A stretch of DNA of 64,000 nucleotides, from IMG/VR virus record IMGVR_UViG_3300024269_004845; one strand, 5' to 3'. The notes under the pieces are model-generated. The model saw nothing but the letters and a program-made list of their open reading frames with translations, searched no databases and was not told where the DNA came from. Source of the DNA: a virus (Duplodnaviria; Caudoviricetes). Of the stretch, positions 20,249-30,254 are shown piece after piece (within the stretch, counting starts at the first letter, position 1; each line of letters starts with the position of its first letter). Both the position numbers and the translations under genes were made by a program.

Positions 20249-20715
20249 TATGTATTAGGCTGCTGAGAAATGTTTTTGCACTGATAGAATGCTTTATCGA
20301 GAAAATCTTTCTTTGACATAAGACTGTCATATAAGGCTTTTAAAGCATTTCGCTTATTACGAGCATCAATAACATCCTTGTCTGTGTTTGCCTTTCTATC
20401 ACCTGCCGAAACATTCTTATCAGAAAAACTAATAGATTTTTCGGAATAAACTTGAATTTTAGATGTTTCTGCATCAAGAAAAATATTTTGAATGTAGTTT
20501 GCTGTATCTGAACAATATTCAGACCATGCGTTTAGTTCCTTTGCTAATTCCCAATTCGCATCTTTATCGGTTAAAGAAATGTTCTGGTATTTTTCCACAA
20601 CTTCTTTATATCCTTCAAAGTTAATAGGGATTGCAAGGTATTTTGATGCCTGTTGGCATAGCATATCAAAGTAATCATAAGAGCCATTTATTGGCGTCTT
20701 TGGTGGCATAGGCAT
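20248..20715 (-). CDS. Helical protein, possible UvsY-like recombination mediator
   Basis: DKDV-x31-KNI spacing as recalled for the T4 UvsY C-terminus; first gene of the recA operon. Confidence 0.45.
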   Translation of the reverse strand: MPMPPKTPINGSYDYFDMLCQQASKYLAIPINFEGYKEVVEKYQNISLTDKDANWELAKELNAWSEYCSDTANYIQNIFLDAETSKIQVYSEKSISFSDKNVSAGDRKANTDKDVIDARNKRNALKALYDSLMSKKDFLDKAFYQCKNISQQPNT

Positions 20716-20860
20716 AGTTTATCCCTCCTTTTGGTCACAGTATCATTATAACATATTTTATTCTTCTTTTCAAGTCTTTTATAGAATAATCTAAAAAAAA
20801 TAATGACAGATTTTTTGTGAAATCTGTCATTGACTTTGTATATATTATATGTTATAATTA

Positions 20861-21409
20861 TTATGCTACAGGCAAGAAAAAATGGACTATGAATAGAACA
20901 ATATATCCTGCGTAAAAGAATGGGGCAAGGGGGACCCTGCCAGTTGCTTTAAAAGGTAAATATCCAAATTTACCTAAGCTTTGTATGTGGAATTCTTTAT
21001 TTTCTTTTTTGCCAAACATTACTCTATATACTAAGTTTAACAATGTACCAGCTAACGCGAGAAATAATGCAGGAATAGCACCGCACCAAAGTCCTAAATT
21101 AAAAGCGAATTTAATGTCTCCACCTATTTGGTCTTTTGCCATTGCCGCTGGAATCCAGAAAGCTAGGCACAAAATAAATGCTCCAAATATACAGTCCAGT
21201 ACATATCCTAAAGATATTAAATCTGGGAAGAAAATACCTAAAATAACAAACCAAAGAGTTCTAACAATTAACATTACCAAGTTAAACTTGTTATATATCT
21301 TCATAGTTTTGCAATCGGTATATGTAGCAATAATTAAGAAAATGTTTAAAATAATAATTTCTGGAAGAAATTCAAATAATCTTAAGATTGGGTCAAAAAT
21401 ATATTGCAT
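20861..21409 (-). CDS. A24 family prepilin peptidase (TadV/CpaA-like)
   Basis: ATYTDCKTMKIYN, GGDIKF, VPLAPF; multi-TM. Confidence 0.8.
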   Translation of the reverse strand: MQYIFDPILRLFEFLPEIIILNIFLIIATYTDCKTMKIYNKFNLVMLIVRTLWFVILGIFFPDLISLGYVLDCIFGAFILCLAFWIPAAMAKDQIGGDIKFAFNLGLWCGAIPALFLALAGTLLNLVYRVMFGKKENKEFHIQSLGKFGYLPFKATGRVPLAPFFYAGYIVLFIVHFFLPVA

Positions 21410-21564
21410 CTATTTAATTCCTTTCTGTAATGTTTTATCTAAAAACATTATATCACATAAAAAGGATAAAGACAATAAAAAAGTGATTAACAAATTATTG
21501 TTGATAATTGTTTTTTATATAATATAAATAAGACCTACAAAAATATTAAATGGGAGGAAAATAA

Positions 21565-22950
21565 ATGGCTATTTGGATTAAGAAAGGATATTCCACGTTG
21601 GCTAGATACAATAGTCTTTCTTATATTTTCAACAATCCATCAGATGTAAATATCGATGAAGATGAAAATTTGGGGCTTTGGACTACGAAGTACGTTGGCA
21701 ACGAGTTATTCCTTTACAAATTGGATTTTACACGAAATGAAAAGGTTATCTTCTTCAAAGAAGTTGAACCTCGACTAATCGCAAGTTTTAACGATGATGG
21801 TGAATATACCACTGGCGATGGGCTCACCTTCATGCATGCAGTCTACAATAATATTGTAGATATTAACCCTATTGTGAATTTCCTGCGAGATTCCATGATT
21901 AAGAACGAATGTCTGTATAAACTCTTTTTCTTTGATGAGAACTTTGCTGATAGAGTCAATAGAAGTCGTAGAAATGCGGAATACAACGTGTCCATGAATG
22001 TTTTTGAGAATATCTTAAACAATGGGCTTATTTCTCTGGAAAAAGTGTTCACTGGTTGTTCGCTAGCTTTTTTTGTAGATAATATCTGCAAGGGAGATAT
22101 GGGTCTTCAGAATGACAAAAAGAAGTTGAGACAGGTGTTAGGATTGCCTTCGGCAGTCATCGATTTCCTGAAAGACAGTTCTTATTCTTCTCTTTATGGC
22201 AAATTTAAGGAACTTGCAGAAACAAAGGATGTCAATGATACCGTGTTCTTGGTCGAATATATGGCCTTGTTACGCCAAGTTGAGGTGCAGACCAGTCTAA
22301 TCAGTAATGGTGCTAGAAATTCTTTCGTTGAGAGCGTCATTGATATCGCACTTATGGTTAAGTCCAGTATGAAGGTAATTATCAATTATTTGCATACTCA
22401 GCAGTTTTATTACAACGAAATTGGTATGGGCATTATGATGCCTTATTCTGAAGCTATTGCGATGAGAGATTATCTTGCCATTGCCAAAAAGCATGGGCTT
22501 GAGGTTGACCCTCTACCGTCGAATCTTCGTGCAGCACACTTTTACATTCAGAATAACGTTTGCTATGCAGATGACGAAGCAAAGAATGAAGAGTTTAAGA
22601 AAGCTGTTGCGAAATATAGGAATTTGGAATATAAGGGAAAAACTTATTCAGTCGTTGTTCCTGATTCGATTGGCGCGATGATTGATGAGGGTATGCAAAT
22701 GCACCATTGTATCGCAAATTATGTTGACCTTGTTTGTACTGGTACAATCGTTCTGTTCTTGAGAAAAACCGAAAATCTTAAGGAATCTTTTGTGTCTTTT
22801 GAGGTTTCTGAGGATGGAGAATTCGTTCAGATTAAGGGAAAATATGATGCTGATATCGTTGAAACAGAAGAGGAGTCTGAGAACAACGAAGTTCTTAAGT
22901 TCCTAACAAAATGGAGGGAAAAGAAATATGAAGAAGTATATGGCAGCTGA
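21565..22950 (+). CDS. PcfJ-domain protein, copy 1
   Basis: RDYL..P.NL.AAH..EGMQMHHCIANY..VLFLRK..SFVSFEV..VQIKG. Confidence 0.85.
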   Translation: MAIWIKKGYSTLARYNSLSYIFNNPSDVNIDEDENLGLWTTKYVGNELFLYKLDFTRNEKVIFFKEVEPRLIASFNDDGEYTTGDGLTFMHAVYNNIVDINPIVNFLRDSMIKNECLYKLFFFDENFADRVNRSRRNAEYNVSMNVFENILNNGLISLEKVFTGCSLAFFVDNICKGDMGLQNDKKKLRQVLGLPSAVIDFLKDSSYSSLYGKFKELAETKDVNDTVFLVEYMALLRQVEVQTSLISNGARNSFVESVIDIALMVKSSMKVIINYLHTQQFYYNEIGMGIMMPYSEAIAMRDYLAIAKKHGLEVDPLPSNLRAAHFYIQNNVCYADDEAKNEEFKKAVAKYRNLEYKGKTYSVVVPDSIGAMIDEGMQMHHCIANYVDLVCTGTIVLFLRKTENLKESFVSFEVSEDGEFVQIKGKYDADIVETEEESENNEVLKFLTKWREKKYEEVYGS

Positions 22951-24073
22951 GGGTATTGAACTTCTTAAGGAGTTTAATATTTCTCATATTGAAACTACGA
23001 TTAATTATCGTTGCGACCGTATTATTTGTGCCGATTGCAATACAGTTTCGGATGCAGAAAATCCTTGTTCGTGTAAGAGAGAAGACAAAAAAAAGCGAGT
23101 TTACCATTCAATGGAAACTGGCGAAAATATCTTGGTTAAAGATTCTGGTCGTCTCTTCATCAGAGAGGAAGACGGCGCAAAGATTTTGTTCTATTACGAG
23201 CTCATTGGTTCCATCATCAAAGAGACTGGCGCTATAAAATTTTTTAAGAGACCAATCGAATTTATGTCAGTAAAAGACAACTCATTTACTTTTACTATGA
23301 CATATGGGGTTAACGAAATCGCTATTTCGGATGTGCTTAACATTTTGGAAGCCAATAATGTTCAGTGTGACAGGCTTATGAAGATATTAAAGCTTTGTAA
23401 AGTTTGTAACTATCATAACTGGGCCTCCTTAAATAAGTATGTTTCGATGATTGATGTTCGGGGGCACAAGCTCTTCGAAGATGAGAAATTTGTAGAATCT
23501 CATACTGCATTGATTAGACATGTAATCAATCGTAGTTATGGTAATGGTAAAATCGATTCTGTAAACGGTATTTGTGAATACTTTGAAATTCCTGAATGTT
23601 TAGTCGATTACACCAAAGACCCGTATTTCTCGAAGATTGATGGGTATTCGGATATTAGACTTTTGGATTCACATCCCATAGAAATTCAGGGGTGCTTCGC
23701 ATATTACATTGGTTCTGGCAAATTCACAAGAAGAACTATCAAGACTTACCTGGATACTTTTGATGTTTCGTTCTGGGATTCTAGAAACAAAATCAATTAT
23801 TTCCTGACGTATGTCAAGAAGAACTTGTGGATGGGTGACGCAGTTTTTGGAAAGGCTGTACAAACTTTTAAATATGTTGAGGAAAAGAAGTTTCCCACAA
23901 ATGAAGATACTATCAACTCTAAGTTCTGTTTCGGGATGAAGAATGTTGATATGTTTGCAGAGCGGTTTGGAACGGCTGAAGCAGATGAATTCCATCAGAT
24001 TCGAGAATCTCAAGGAATCGTTCCTGCGTTGAAGCAGTTACTCGTTTGGACAAACAAAAATGAAGGCGTATAA
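22928..24073 (+). CDS. PcfJ partner protein 1 (N-terminal Cys cluster)
   Basis: CADC..PCSC; overlaps the PcfJ-1 stop. Confidence 0.65.
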   Translation: MKKYMAAEGIELLKEFNISHIETTINYRCDRIICADCNTVSDAENPCSCKREDKKKRVYHSMETGENILVKDSGRLFIREEDGAKILFYYELIGSIIKETGAIKFFKRPIEFMSVKDNSFTFTMTYGVNEIAISDVLNILEANNVQCDRLMKILKLCKVCNYHNWASLNKYVSMIDVRGHKLFEDEKFVESHTALIRHVINRSYGNGKIDSVNGICEYFEIPECLVDYTKDPYFSKIDGYSDIRLLDSHPIEIQGCFAYYIGSGKFTRRTIKTYLDTFDVSFWDSRNKINYFLTYVKKNLWMGDAVFGKAVQTFKYVEEKKFPTNEDTINSKFCFGMKNVDMFAERFGTAEADEFHQIRESQGIVPALKQLLVWTNKNEGV

Positions 24074-24090
24074 ACGCCTTCATTTTTGTT
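24055..24090 (+). terminator. Intrinsic terminator closing PcfJ module 1
   Basis: AAAATGAAGGCGT-ataa-ACGCCTTCATTTT followed by T-rich sequence. Confidence 0.75.
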
Positions 24091-24117
24091 TTCTATTTCT
24101 TCTTATTTTTCATTCTA

Positions 24118-24143
24118 AATATTTATATAATAATATAAGCACA
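24118..24143 (+). promoter_or_regulatory. Conserved upstream motif copy
   Basis: AATATTTATATAATAATATAAGCACA, identical to 7620-7645(-). Confidence 0.7.
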
Positions 24144-24175
24144 TATAAACAAATTAACAAGGGAGGAAAATTAAA

Positions 24176-25609
24176 ATGGCTATTGTATTTACGTGCAAAA
24201 ATGGTAGACGATTTTACCAGTTGGTGAACATGAACGGGTATGGTTACGACCCTTATGGTTATCACACGAAAGAAATTAAGGAGGTCGATAATCCTCTTCC
24301 TTACGAGGAAGACATTTTGGCCTTCAATGGTACTGGTTATGGTGCCGAACTGGCGCTCGGTAAGTTCCGAATCGAAGAAGAAAAGTCTCCTTTTATGGAG
24401 AATCCTTACATCAAGATGTATGAAGACTTCCTGTCTTGTAAGAAAATTAGCTACGATGTAGCTTCCGACACTATCACTATCGACCCTGAGGTCGCAGAGA
24501 AAGTGTTTGCTTACGAGACCTTCCGCAACAATCCTGCTTGGTTTGAAAGGGCAACCAATTTCGTGTATTACATTGTAATGCATCGAAATCCTTACGTTTA
24601 TTGTCTTTTCTCTGAATTTACTCAGAAGAGTAAGAGATTTGCCAATAATTGTTCCAGCACGGAAAAGTTTTATACTGTTATCAATCTTTGGAAGAACATT
24701 GATGCGCTGAACAACTTTGAAAAGATTGTTAAGAGTATTGGTGAAGATTTCGTCTTTGATAACATCGGAAGAGCGGACTTTACCCTGAATAACGCCAAGA
24801 AGCTTCACCAGGTTGTGGAGATGCCTATGGTTGTTGCGCAGGGAATTCAGAAGCTCGGTGTGGAGGAAACTTTCTCCGATATCAAGACTATCACTGCTAT
24901 CGACAAGAACTATGCCGTAACGCTCATTGATTTCATCTTTGATTTCAAGAAGGCATTTCCTGGTAAGGATTTCTGTTGTAAGGCAGACGTCAGCGTATTC
25001 ATTAAGAACATCGCCAATCTGATGAGTACTGGAATTTACAACGAGAACTTCAATGATTTGCTTGGTTTCTTGGTCAATGAAAGTCTGAATTTCTCCAGAT
25101 TTAAGCTTCCCGTAAGCGAGTCTGGCGAACTGTTTGACTATCTCAAGATTGCTCAGCAGATGAAGGAAGCCAATGATGGCGTTAAGTTCGACCGATTCCC
25201 GAAAAACATCCAGAAGGCACACAATATTGTGATGCAGAACAGTACTATCATTTCTAAGCCTAGACCCGAAGAGTTTGCTGCTGCTGTTGCAAAACAGGCA
25301 TTCCTGAACGACGAGAAGGATGATGAATATGTATTCATGGTTCCTCGCAGTGAAATGGACCTCATGAACGAGGGTAATGCTCTGCACCACTGCGTAGCAA
25401 GCTATCGAGACCGAATTATTGATATGGGTACTAAGGTTGTATTCATGCGTAAGAAAGACGATGTGGAGACTCCTTTCGTTACCATCGAATATGAGGACGG
25501 GCTCGCCGTACAGATTAGAGAAATGTACAATGTGGATGTCACCGACACTGCAGTACTTGCCGCCGTTGATAGATGGCTGGCTCGTGCAGAACGTAGAGAG
25601 AAGAAATAA
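24176..25609 (+). CDS. PcfJ-domain protein, copy 2
   Basis: DYL..PKNIQKAH..EGNALHHCVASY..VVFMRK..PFVTIEY. Confidence 0.85.
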   Translation: MAIVFTCKNGRRFYQLVNMNGYGYDPYGYHTKEIKEVDNPLPYEEDILAFNGTGYGAELALGKFRIEEEKSPFMENPYIKMYEDFLSCKKISYDVASDTITIDPEVAEKVFAYETFRNNPAWFERATNFVYYIVMHRNPYVYCLFSEFTQKSKRFANNCSSTEKFYTVINLWKNIDALNNFEKIVKSIGEDFVFDNIGRADFTLNNAKKLHQVVEMPMVVAQGIQKLGVEETFSDIKTITAIDKNYAVTLIDFIFDFKKAFPGKDFCCKADVSVFIKNIANLMSTGIYNENFNDLLGFLVNESLNFSRFKLPVSESGELFDYLKIAQQMKEANDGVKFDRFPKNIQKAHNIVMQNSTIISKPRPEEFAAAVAKQAFLNDEKDDEYVFMVPRSEMDLMNEGNALHHCVASYRDRIIDMGTKVVFMRKKDDVETPFVTIEYEDGLAVQIREMYNVDVTDTAVLAAVDRWLARAERREKK

Positions 25610-25623
25610 GGAGGATAAAAAAT

Positions 25624-26793
25624 ATGGCAATCAGAAAGTATACGAAATGGATTGATAAGTGTGGTGCGAATCCTAAGGGAATTCGTATTACGCCTAACGC
25701 AAGCGCTTTTGTACGAACCGTTTGTTCCTGTGGGTTTGCTGATGCGGCGCAGGTTTACGAGTGCCCCAATTGTGGCAATACGGAATTCGTAGTTTGCGAT
25801 TCTTATGAAACCACCTATAAGAAGTTCCCTATCGAGGTGGTTGTTTCCAAGGGGGATGTATCCGTAATCCAGCGAGTTCAGAACATTTGGCTTCGTCAGG
25901 AAATCGAGATTGAAGAATCTCCTCAGAAGCTATTTACCTATGATGGGAAGAATGTTAACTTCCCTAGATGGAATAATCACGATGAGGTTTTTACTGCTCT
26001 GAGAGAAAACAAGAGTAAGCTTCCTGCTGAAATTGTTGAGGCTCTGGACACAATGGAAGATTTGGGCCACGGCAACAACTATCGGACTTTTGGCAAGTTG
26101 CTGGAAGAGCATCCCAAGACTGATATGTTTATCAGGATGGAAAAGGATGCCCATCCTGCCTTTACCAAGGCTCTAATCGACATGGTCTTCGGCTCTTATT
26201 CTAACTATCCTGATATGGATTTCGTATCTATGGAAGGATTTTTTAGAGAATATGCCGTTCCTGAAGAGTTTAAGGAGTTCGCTGATAAGTGTCCTTCCGA
26301 AATTCTTGACCGAACCATCAATGTTCGTCACAGAAGCTGGAGAGCATCTCCTAATGCAAAGTTTGAGAAACCTACTAATTGGGGCCTTGTTCCCGAAGAA
26401 ATCAAAGGTGTTTGTAAGTATTATGTCGAGAATGGCGTAATTTCTTTCCGCACTTATGCGTCTCTGGGGACCATTGAGCCTCAAATGCTCAAGAAAAAGG
26501 CGATTCTCAACTTGTATTTTAAGAAATATATGATGCAGTTTAAGGACCGTATCGTAAGTGCAGTAAATGCAACCTATCAGTATTTGACTGAAAACAATAT
26601 CCCTATCACCGAAACAACTTTCGATGAGAAGTGGTGTCGTCAGAAGCAGAATATTGATATGCTTTATTCGAATCTGGCTCGCTCTCAGTCAGACATCGAT
26701 GCATTCATCAACTACTGCGATACCGATGCAGTGAACGCCATTAAGAATCTCGCTAATGCGAAGAGGACTAAGAAGGCAAAAGCTGCTGAATAA
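25624..26793 (+). CDS. PcfJ partner protein 2 (zinc ribbon)
   Basis: VCSCG..CPNCGN. Confidence 0.65.
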   Translation: MAIRKYTKWIDKCGANPKGIRITPNASAFVRTVCSCGFADAAQVYECPNCGNTEFVVCDSYETTYKKFPIEVVVSKGDVSVIQRVQNIWLRQEIEIEESPQKLFTYDGKNVNFPRWNNHDEVFTALRENKSKLPAEIVEALDTMEDLGHGNNYRTFGKLLEEHPKTDMFIRMEKDAHPAFTKALIDMVFGSYSNYPDMDFVSMEGFFREYAVPEEFKEFADKCPSEILDRTINVRHRSWRASPNAKFEKPTNWGLVPEEIKGVCKYYVENGVISFRTYASLGTIEPQMLKKKAILNLYFKKYMMQFKDRIVSAVNATYQYLTENNIPITETTFDEKWCRQKQNIDMLYSNLARSQSDIDAFINYCDTDAVNAIKNLANAKRTKKAKAAE

Positions 26794-26833
26794 ACTAAAA
26801 GACCCCTATCGAAAGATAGGGGTCTTTTAGTTT
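26792..26833 (+). terminator. Intrinsic terminator closing PcfJ module 2
   Basis: AAACTAAAAGACCCCTATC-gaaa-GATAGGGGTCTTTTAGTTT. Confidence 0.8.
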
Positions 26834-26911
26834 TTGCTTTTATTTTTCTGAGTTCAACTTTGTATAATAATATTAGCACAACAAAAGAAAATCAAATGGG
26901 AGGAAAAATTT

Positions 26912-28261
26912 ATGAACATTGTTATCAGAAAAGGGGAAAAGCAGTATTCGCTTATTCCTGGGAAAGCTGCTAGTAGCAGAAGTACCTTCAACATGGGTGA
27001 CGAAAAAGAAATTATCTGTGAGTCAGCAGAATACATGGTAGAAGAAACGTCCGATGCCATTAAGCTACTGTCTCGGGATGTTAAATGCGTATTCGAAGAG
27101 GAATATGGCATGGAATATCCTGTGTTCTCTTACGGTACTACCAATCTGGTATTGGCTTTTGATAAGTCCAGCCAGCATATCGATGGAGAATACGAAAGCA
27201 TCATCGAACAGCTTTGTTATGTAGAAGAATTCGGTGAGTTTCTGAATCGTGTGGCCTACCACATTAATAAGTACATGTATGTAATCTACTGTACCGAAAT
27301 GAAGTGCCATTCTTATTATGGCTGGTCGATGAATCGACACACTGCTTTAAATACCATTAAGTTTATCAACGATGGTGTTTTTGGGCAGCTTGAAAGTCTC
27401 ATTAAGAATTTGGGTTTGGAGTTCTTTACGAGCAACATTTCTCGTGAAGATTTCACACTGAACAACGCAAAGAAGCTTCATCGTGTCGTCGAACTGCCTA
27501 AGCAGGCCATTGATTTCTTGAAGGATAAGGAATTTGCAGACCTCCTGTCTCAGTTCCGAATTCTTGCCGCTGATGACCCCAATGAGGTTATCACGCTTGT
27601 TGATTGGTACAACAAGTACAAGAAGTATCAGAATCTTAAGAAAGGTCTTCAGGAATTCAAGAGTTATGTTAATCTTTTGGTAGATATCAAGAAGAAGGAT
27701 GATAGGATTACTCTTAATCGTTTGATTCCTTATCTTGCTGCTCAGAGATTCTACTATTGTTGGCCTGTAGAAGACAAATTCGAACTTCCTTACTCTGAAG
27801 CACGTCTATATCGTGACTATCAGAATCTTGGCGGTGGAGAAACTTATCCTTCCTGCCTTGAAGCCGCTCACAACATCCTTGAGCGAAACAAGAGCATTAC
27901 TAACAACAAAGAGCTTTGCGATAAGTTTGCTGAGGTTGTAAAGCCTCTCAAGGCGCTGGAATGGGTACATGATGGTTATACCATTGTCGCTCCCGTTAAG
28001 GCTCAGGACTTTGTAGATGAGGGTGAAGCACTTCATCACTGTCTTGCAACTTACGTAGAGTTGGTTGCGAACGGCTCCGAAAAAGTAATGTTCCTCAGAG
28101 ACGAAAAGACGCCAGAACAGTCTTTGGTAACCTTTGCTTTTGACGATAATTTCAATATTGTTGAGGCTAAGGAAGCTTATAACGTCGATGTTGAGGAACC
28201 TAAGATTCTGAAGGTTCTTCAGGATTGGAAGAAAAAGCAGCGTGCTGCAATGTCTAAATAA
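26912..28261 (+). CDS. PcfJ-domain protein, copy 3
   Basis: RDY..PSCLEAAH..EGEALHHCLATY..VMFLR..SLVTF. Confidence 0.85.
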   Translation: MNIVIRKGEKQYSLIPGKAASSRSTFNMGDEKEIICESAEYMVEETSDAIKLLSRDVKCVFEEEYGMEYPVFSYGTTNLVLAFDKSSQHIDGEYESIIEQLCYVEEFGEFLNRVAYHINKYMYVIYCTEMKCHSYYGWSMNRHTALNTIKFINDGVFGQLESLIKNLGLEFFTSNISREDFTLNNAKKLHRVVELPKQAIDFLKDKEFADLLSQFRILAADDPNEVITLVDWYNKYKKYQNLKKGLQEFKSYVNLLVDIKKKDDRITLNRLIPYLAAQRFYYCWPVEDKFELPYSEARLYRDYQNLGGGETYPSCLEAAHNILERNKSITNNKELCDKFAEVVKPLKALEWVHDGYTIVAPVKAQDFVDEGEALHHCLATYVELVANGSEKVMFLRDEKTPEQSLVTFAFDDNFNIVEAKEAYNVDVEEPKILKVLQDWKKKQRAAMSK

Positions 28262-28281
28262 CAAAATGGAGGAGAAAAAAC

Positions 28282-29505
28282 ATGGCTGTAAGAATTTTTA
28301 ATTCGTGTACCAATACCCATTATCTCACTGAAATGGGTATCGAAGGTATTACTATCAATGTAAATGACGGGAAGGATACTCGTCATGTTTGTGCTTGTGG
28401 ATGGGTTGATAAGGGAGATATTGATACCTGTCCTAAGTGCGGTAACAAGCATTGGGTTTTTGTTTCTGCTAATAATTGGAGTAGAAGCTCTGTGCCCGTT
28501 TATATCAAGTCTAAGGAACCTGTGATTCGTCCTATCGGTTCTGGTTTTGAAATCATCGAAACCGCTTTGAAGGTTTTCGAAACTTCCGCTAAGCAGTTGA
28601 ATCTTGCTTATGAGGATTTTTCTACTCTCGAAGTCGACCTATGGAAGCTCGATTACAAGAATCGTCCTCGTGTGAGTATCAATAATGATATCGACATCAC
28701 TAAATACCTCATCGAGCATATTGGTGAGATTACTGATGAAGCTATTAGAGATACCATTTTGGACGCCGTAAGAGTATCTTCTGGTATTTGGGGCGGGAAC
28801 AATTATCTTGCCATGGCTTATAAATTGATTGGATATCCTTGTGTTATGCATCTTCTAACCGATGAGAATATCGCCAAGTATGCAAGATTTTTTAAGGAAT
28901 CCTTCAATCGTAATGAGTGGAATCGCAGTGACCCGTTTCCTGGGAACACTTGTCTAACTATGAAAGAGTTCTGGGCTCTTATGGGGCTTCCTGAAGACTA
29001 CGCCGCATACTACGCTTCTGACAGTTTTAGCTATTCGTACTACTATTACAGAAGTTCTGAAGATAAGATTGAACCCGCTAAGCTGCATGCTCTTCCTATC
29101 GAATTGCAGCGCACAATGAAGAGTTGTTTGGAGCACAAGACCATCACTCTTCAGACGATTCGGAGTATTTTGAGCTGGTCCGATGGTCAGAGCGAAAAAA
29201 CTCTGGTTCTTCTTGCTAAGTTTATGAAACGTCATGGAATGCAGTATCAAGGAAGAGTCTTTGACCGATTCAAAGAATATCTTTCTTTGGCTCATGATAT
29301 GGGCTATGATGAGGAAAGCATTCTGCAGCCTCGTAGATTTTCCATGCTCGAAGCCATGACACTTCTAAAGCGTAGAGGGTATCCTGATTCTCGTGTTAGC
29401 GCTTTTTGTGATATATTTGACCTTAACCCTTCCGTTGGTCTGGGACTACTTGGTTCTAAGGCTCAGCTTAAGAAGGATGAGGCAGATAAGATTTACAATC
29501 GGTAA
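28282..29505 (+). CDS. PcfJ partner protein 3 (zinc ribbon)
   Basis: VCACG..CPKCGN. Confidence 0.65.
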   Translation: MAVRIFNSCTNTHYLTEMGIEGITINVNDGKDTRHVCACGWVDKGDIDTCPKCGNKHWVFVSANNWSRSSVPVYIKSKEPVIRPIGSGFEIIETALKVFETSAKQLNLAYEDFSTLEVDLWKLDYKNRPRVSINNDIDITKYLIEHIGEITDEAIRDTILDAVRVSSGIWGGNNYLAMAYKLIGYPCVMHLLTDENIAKYARFFKESFNRNEWNRSDPFPGNTCLTMKEFWALMGLPEDYAAYYASDSFSYSYYYYRSSEDKIEPAKLHALPIELQRTMKSCLEHKTITLQTIRSILSWSDGQSEKTLVLLAKFMKRHGMQYQGRVFDRFKEYLSLAHDMGYDEESILQPRRFSMLEAMTLLKRRGYPDSRVSAFCDIFDLNPSVGLGLLGSKAQLKKDEADKIYNR

Positions 29506-29511
29506 CATATT

Positions 29512-29581
29512 GAGACTCGCACGAATGCGAGTCTCTTTTTTTTGAAAAAAATAAAACCACCGTTTTTTAACGGTGGTTTTT
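29512..29581. terminator. Back-to-back terminators between convergent units
   Basis: GAGACTCGCA/TGCGAGTCTC plus T tract; AAAACCACCGTT/AACGGTGGTTTT. Confidence 0.75.
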
Positions 29582-29595
29582 ACATTATTAAATAA

Positions 29596-29880
29596 TTAAT
29601 CTTCTACGGAATCAGCTTCGACAGAACCCTTCTTATTTAATTTCATATGTCTATACATATATGTATCGATAGCTCTATTAATGTCTCCAGTAGTAGTTAA
29701 ATTCATTCTTTCAAGCTGGTATTCTAAGCTATCACCAGAGAACTTATCGCAAAGTTCCTCACAAATTGCATTACACAATACTGAGCGGTTATATTCACCT
29801 GTCTTTTCAATGGCATTTGCGATAATCTTTTTTGTACCTCTAGTTAATACTTCTGGATTCTTATTAATCTTTTTTCCCAT
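29596..29880 (-). CDS. Small hypothetical protein
   Basis: Start placed at ATG 29880 after AAGGAG. Confidence 0.6.
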   Translation of the reverse strand: MGKKINKNPEVLTRGTKKIIANAIEKTGEYNRSVLCNAICEELCDKFSGDSLEYQLERMNLTTTGDINRAIDTYMYRHMKLNKKGSVEADSVED

Positions 29881-30057
29881 TTTAATCACGCTCCTTATTT
29901 TTGGTTGGATGAGTGCGATATTATATGTCAAATGTTTGTTTAAAACTCTTATATCACTGCTCATTAAATTATATTATTTGCTTATTTACATTATAATATA
30001 TATTATTGAAAAAATCAAGTCTTTTTGAGAAAAAAATAAAAAAAATATAAAAAAGGG

Positions 30058-30240
30058 GTGATTGCGTTGATTAATAGAATGAAATACGCCATTACAGGAG
30101 AAAACGGCGGGCCAACCGTTGAATTAATAGTTGCTATTTCTGTCGCATTAACGTTTGTAATTGCTCTTGGGAGTTTGGCAGCTACCGTTATTTCGTGGAT
30201 TGCTGGCGCCACTGGTGCAGTTTCATCCCTTCATGAATAA
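30058..30240 (+). CDS. Flp-type pilin
   Basis: Leader GENG|GPTVE with Glu+5, then a hydrophobic helix; about 60 aa. Confidence 0.7.
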   Translation: MIALINRMKYAITGENGGPTVELIVAISVALTFVIALGSLAATVISWIAGATGAVSSLHE

Positions 30241-30254
30241 TGGGGGTGGTGCAA

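Noticed and set aside
24110-25630. 506-aa minus-strand ORF
   Set aside because: Antisense shadow of PcfJ copy 2; no recognisable domain.
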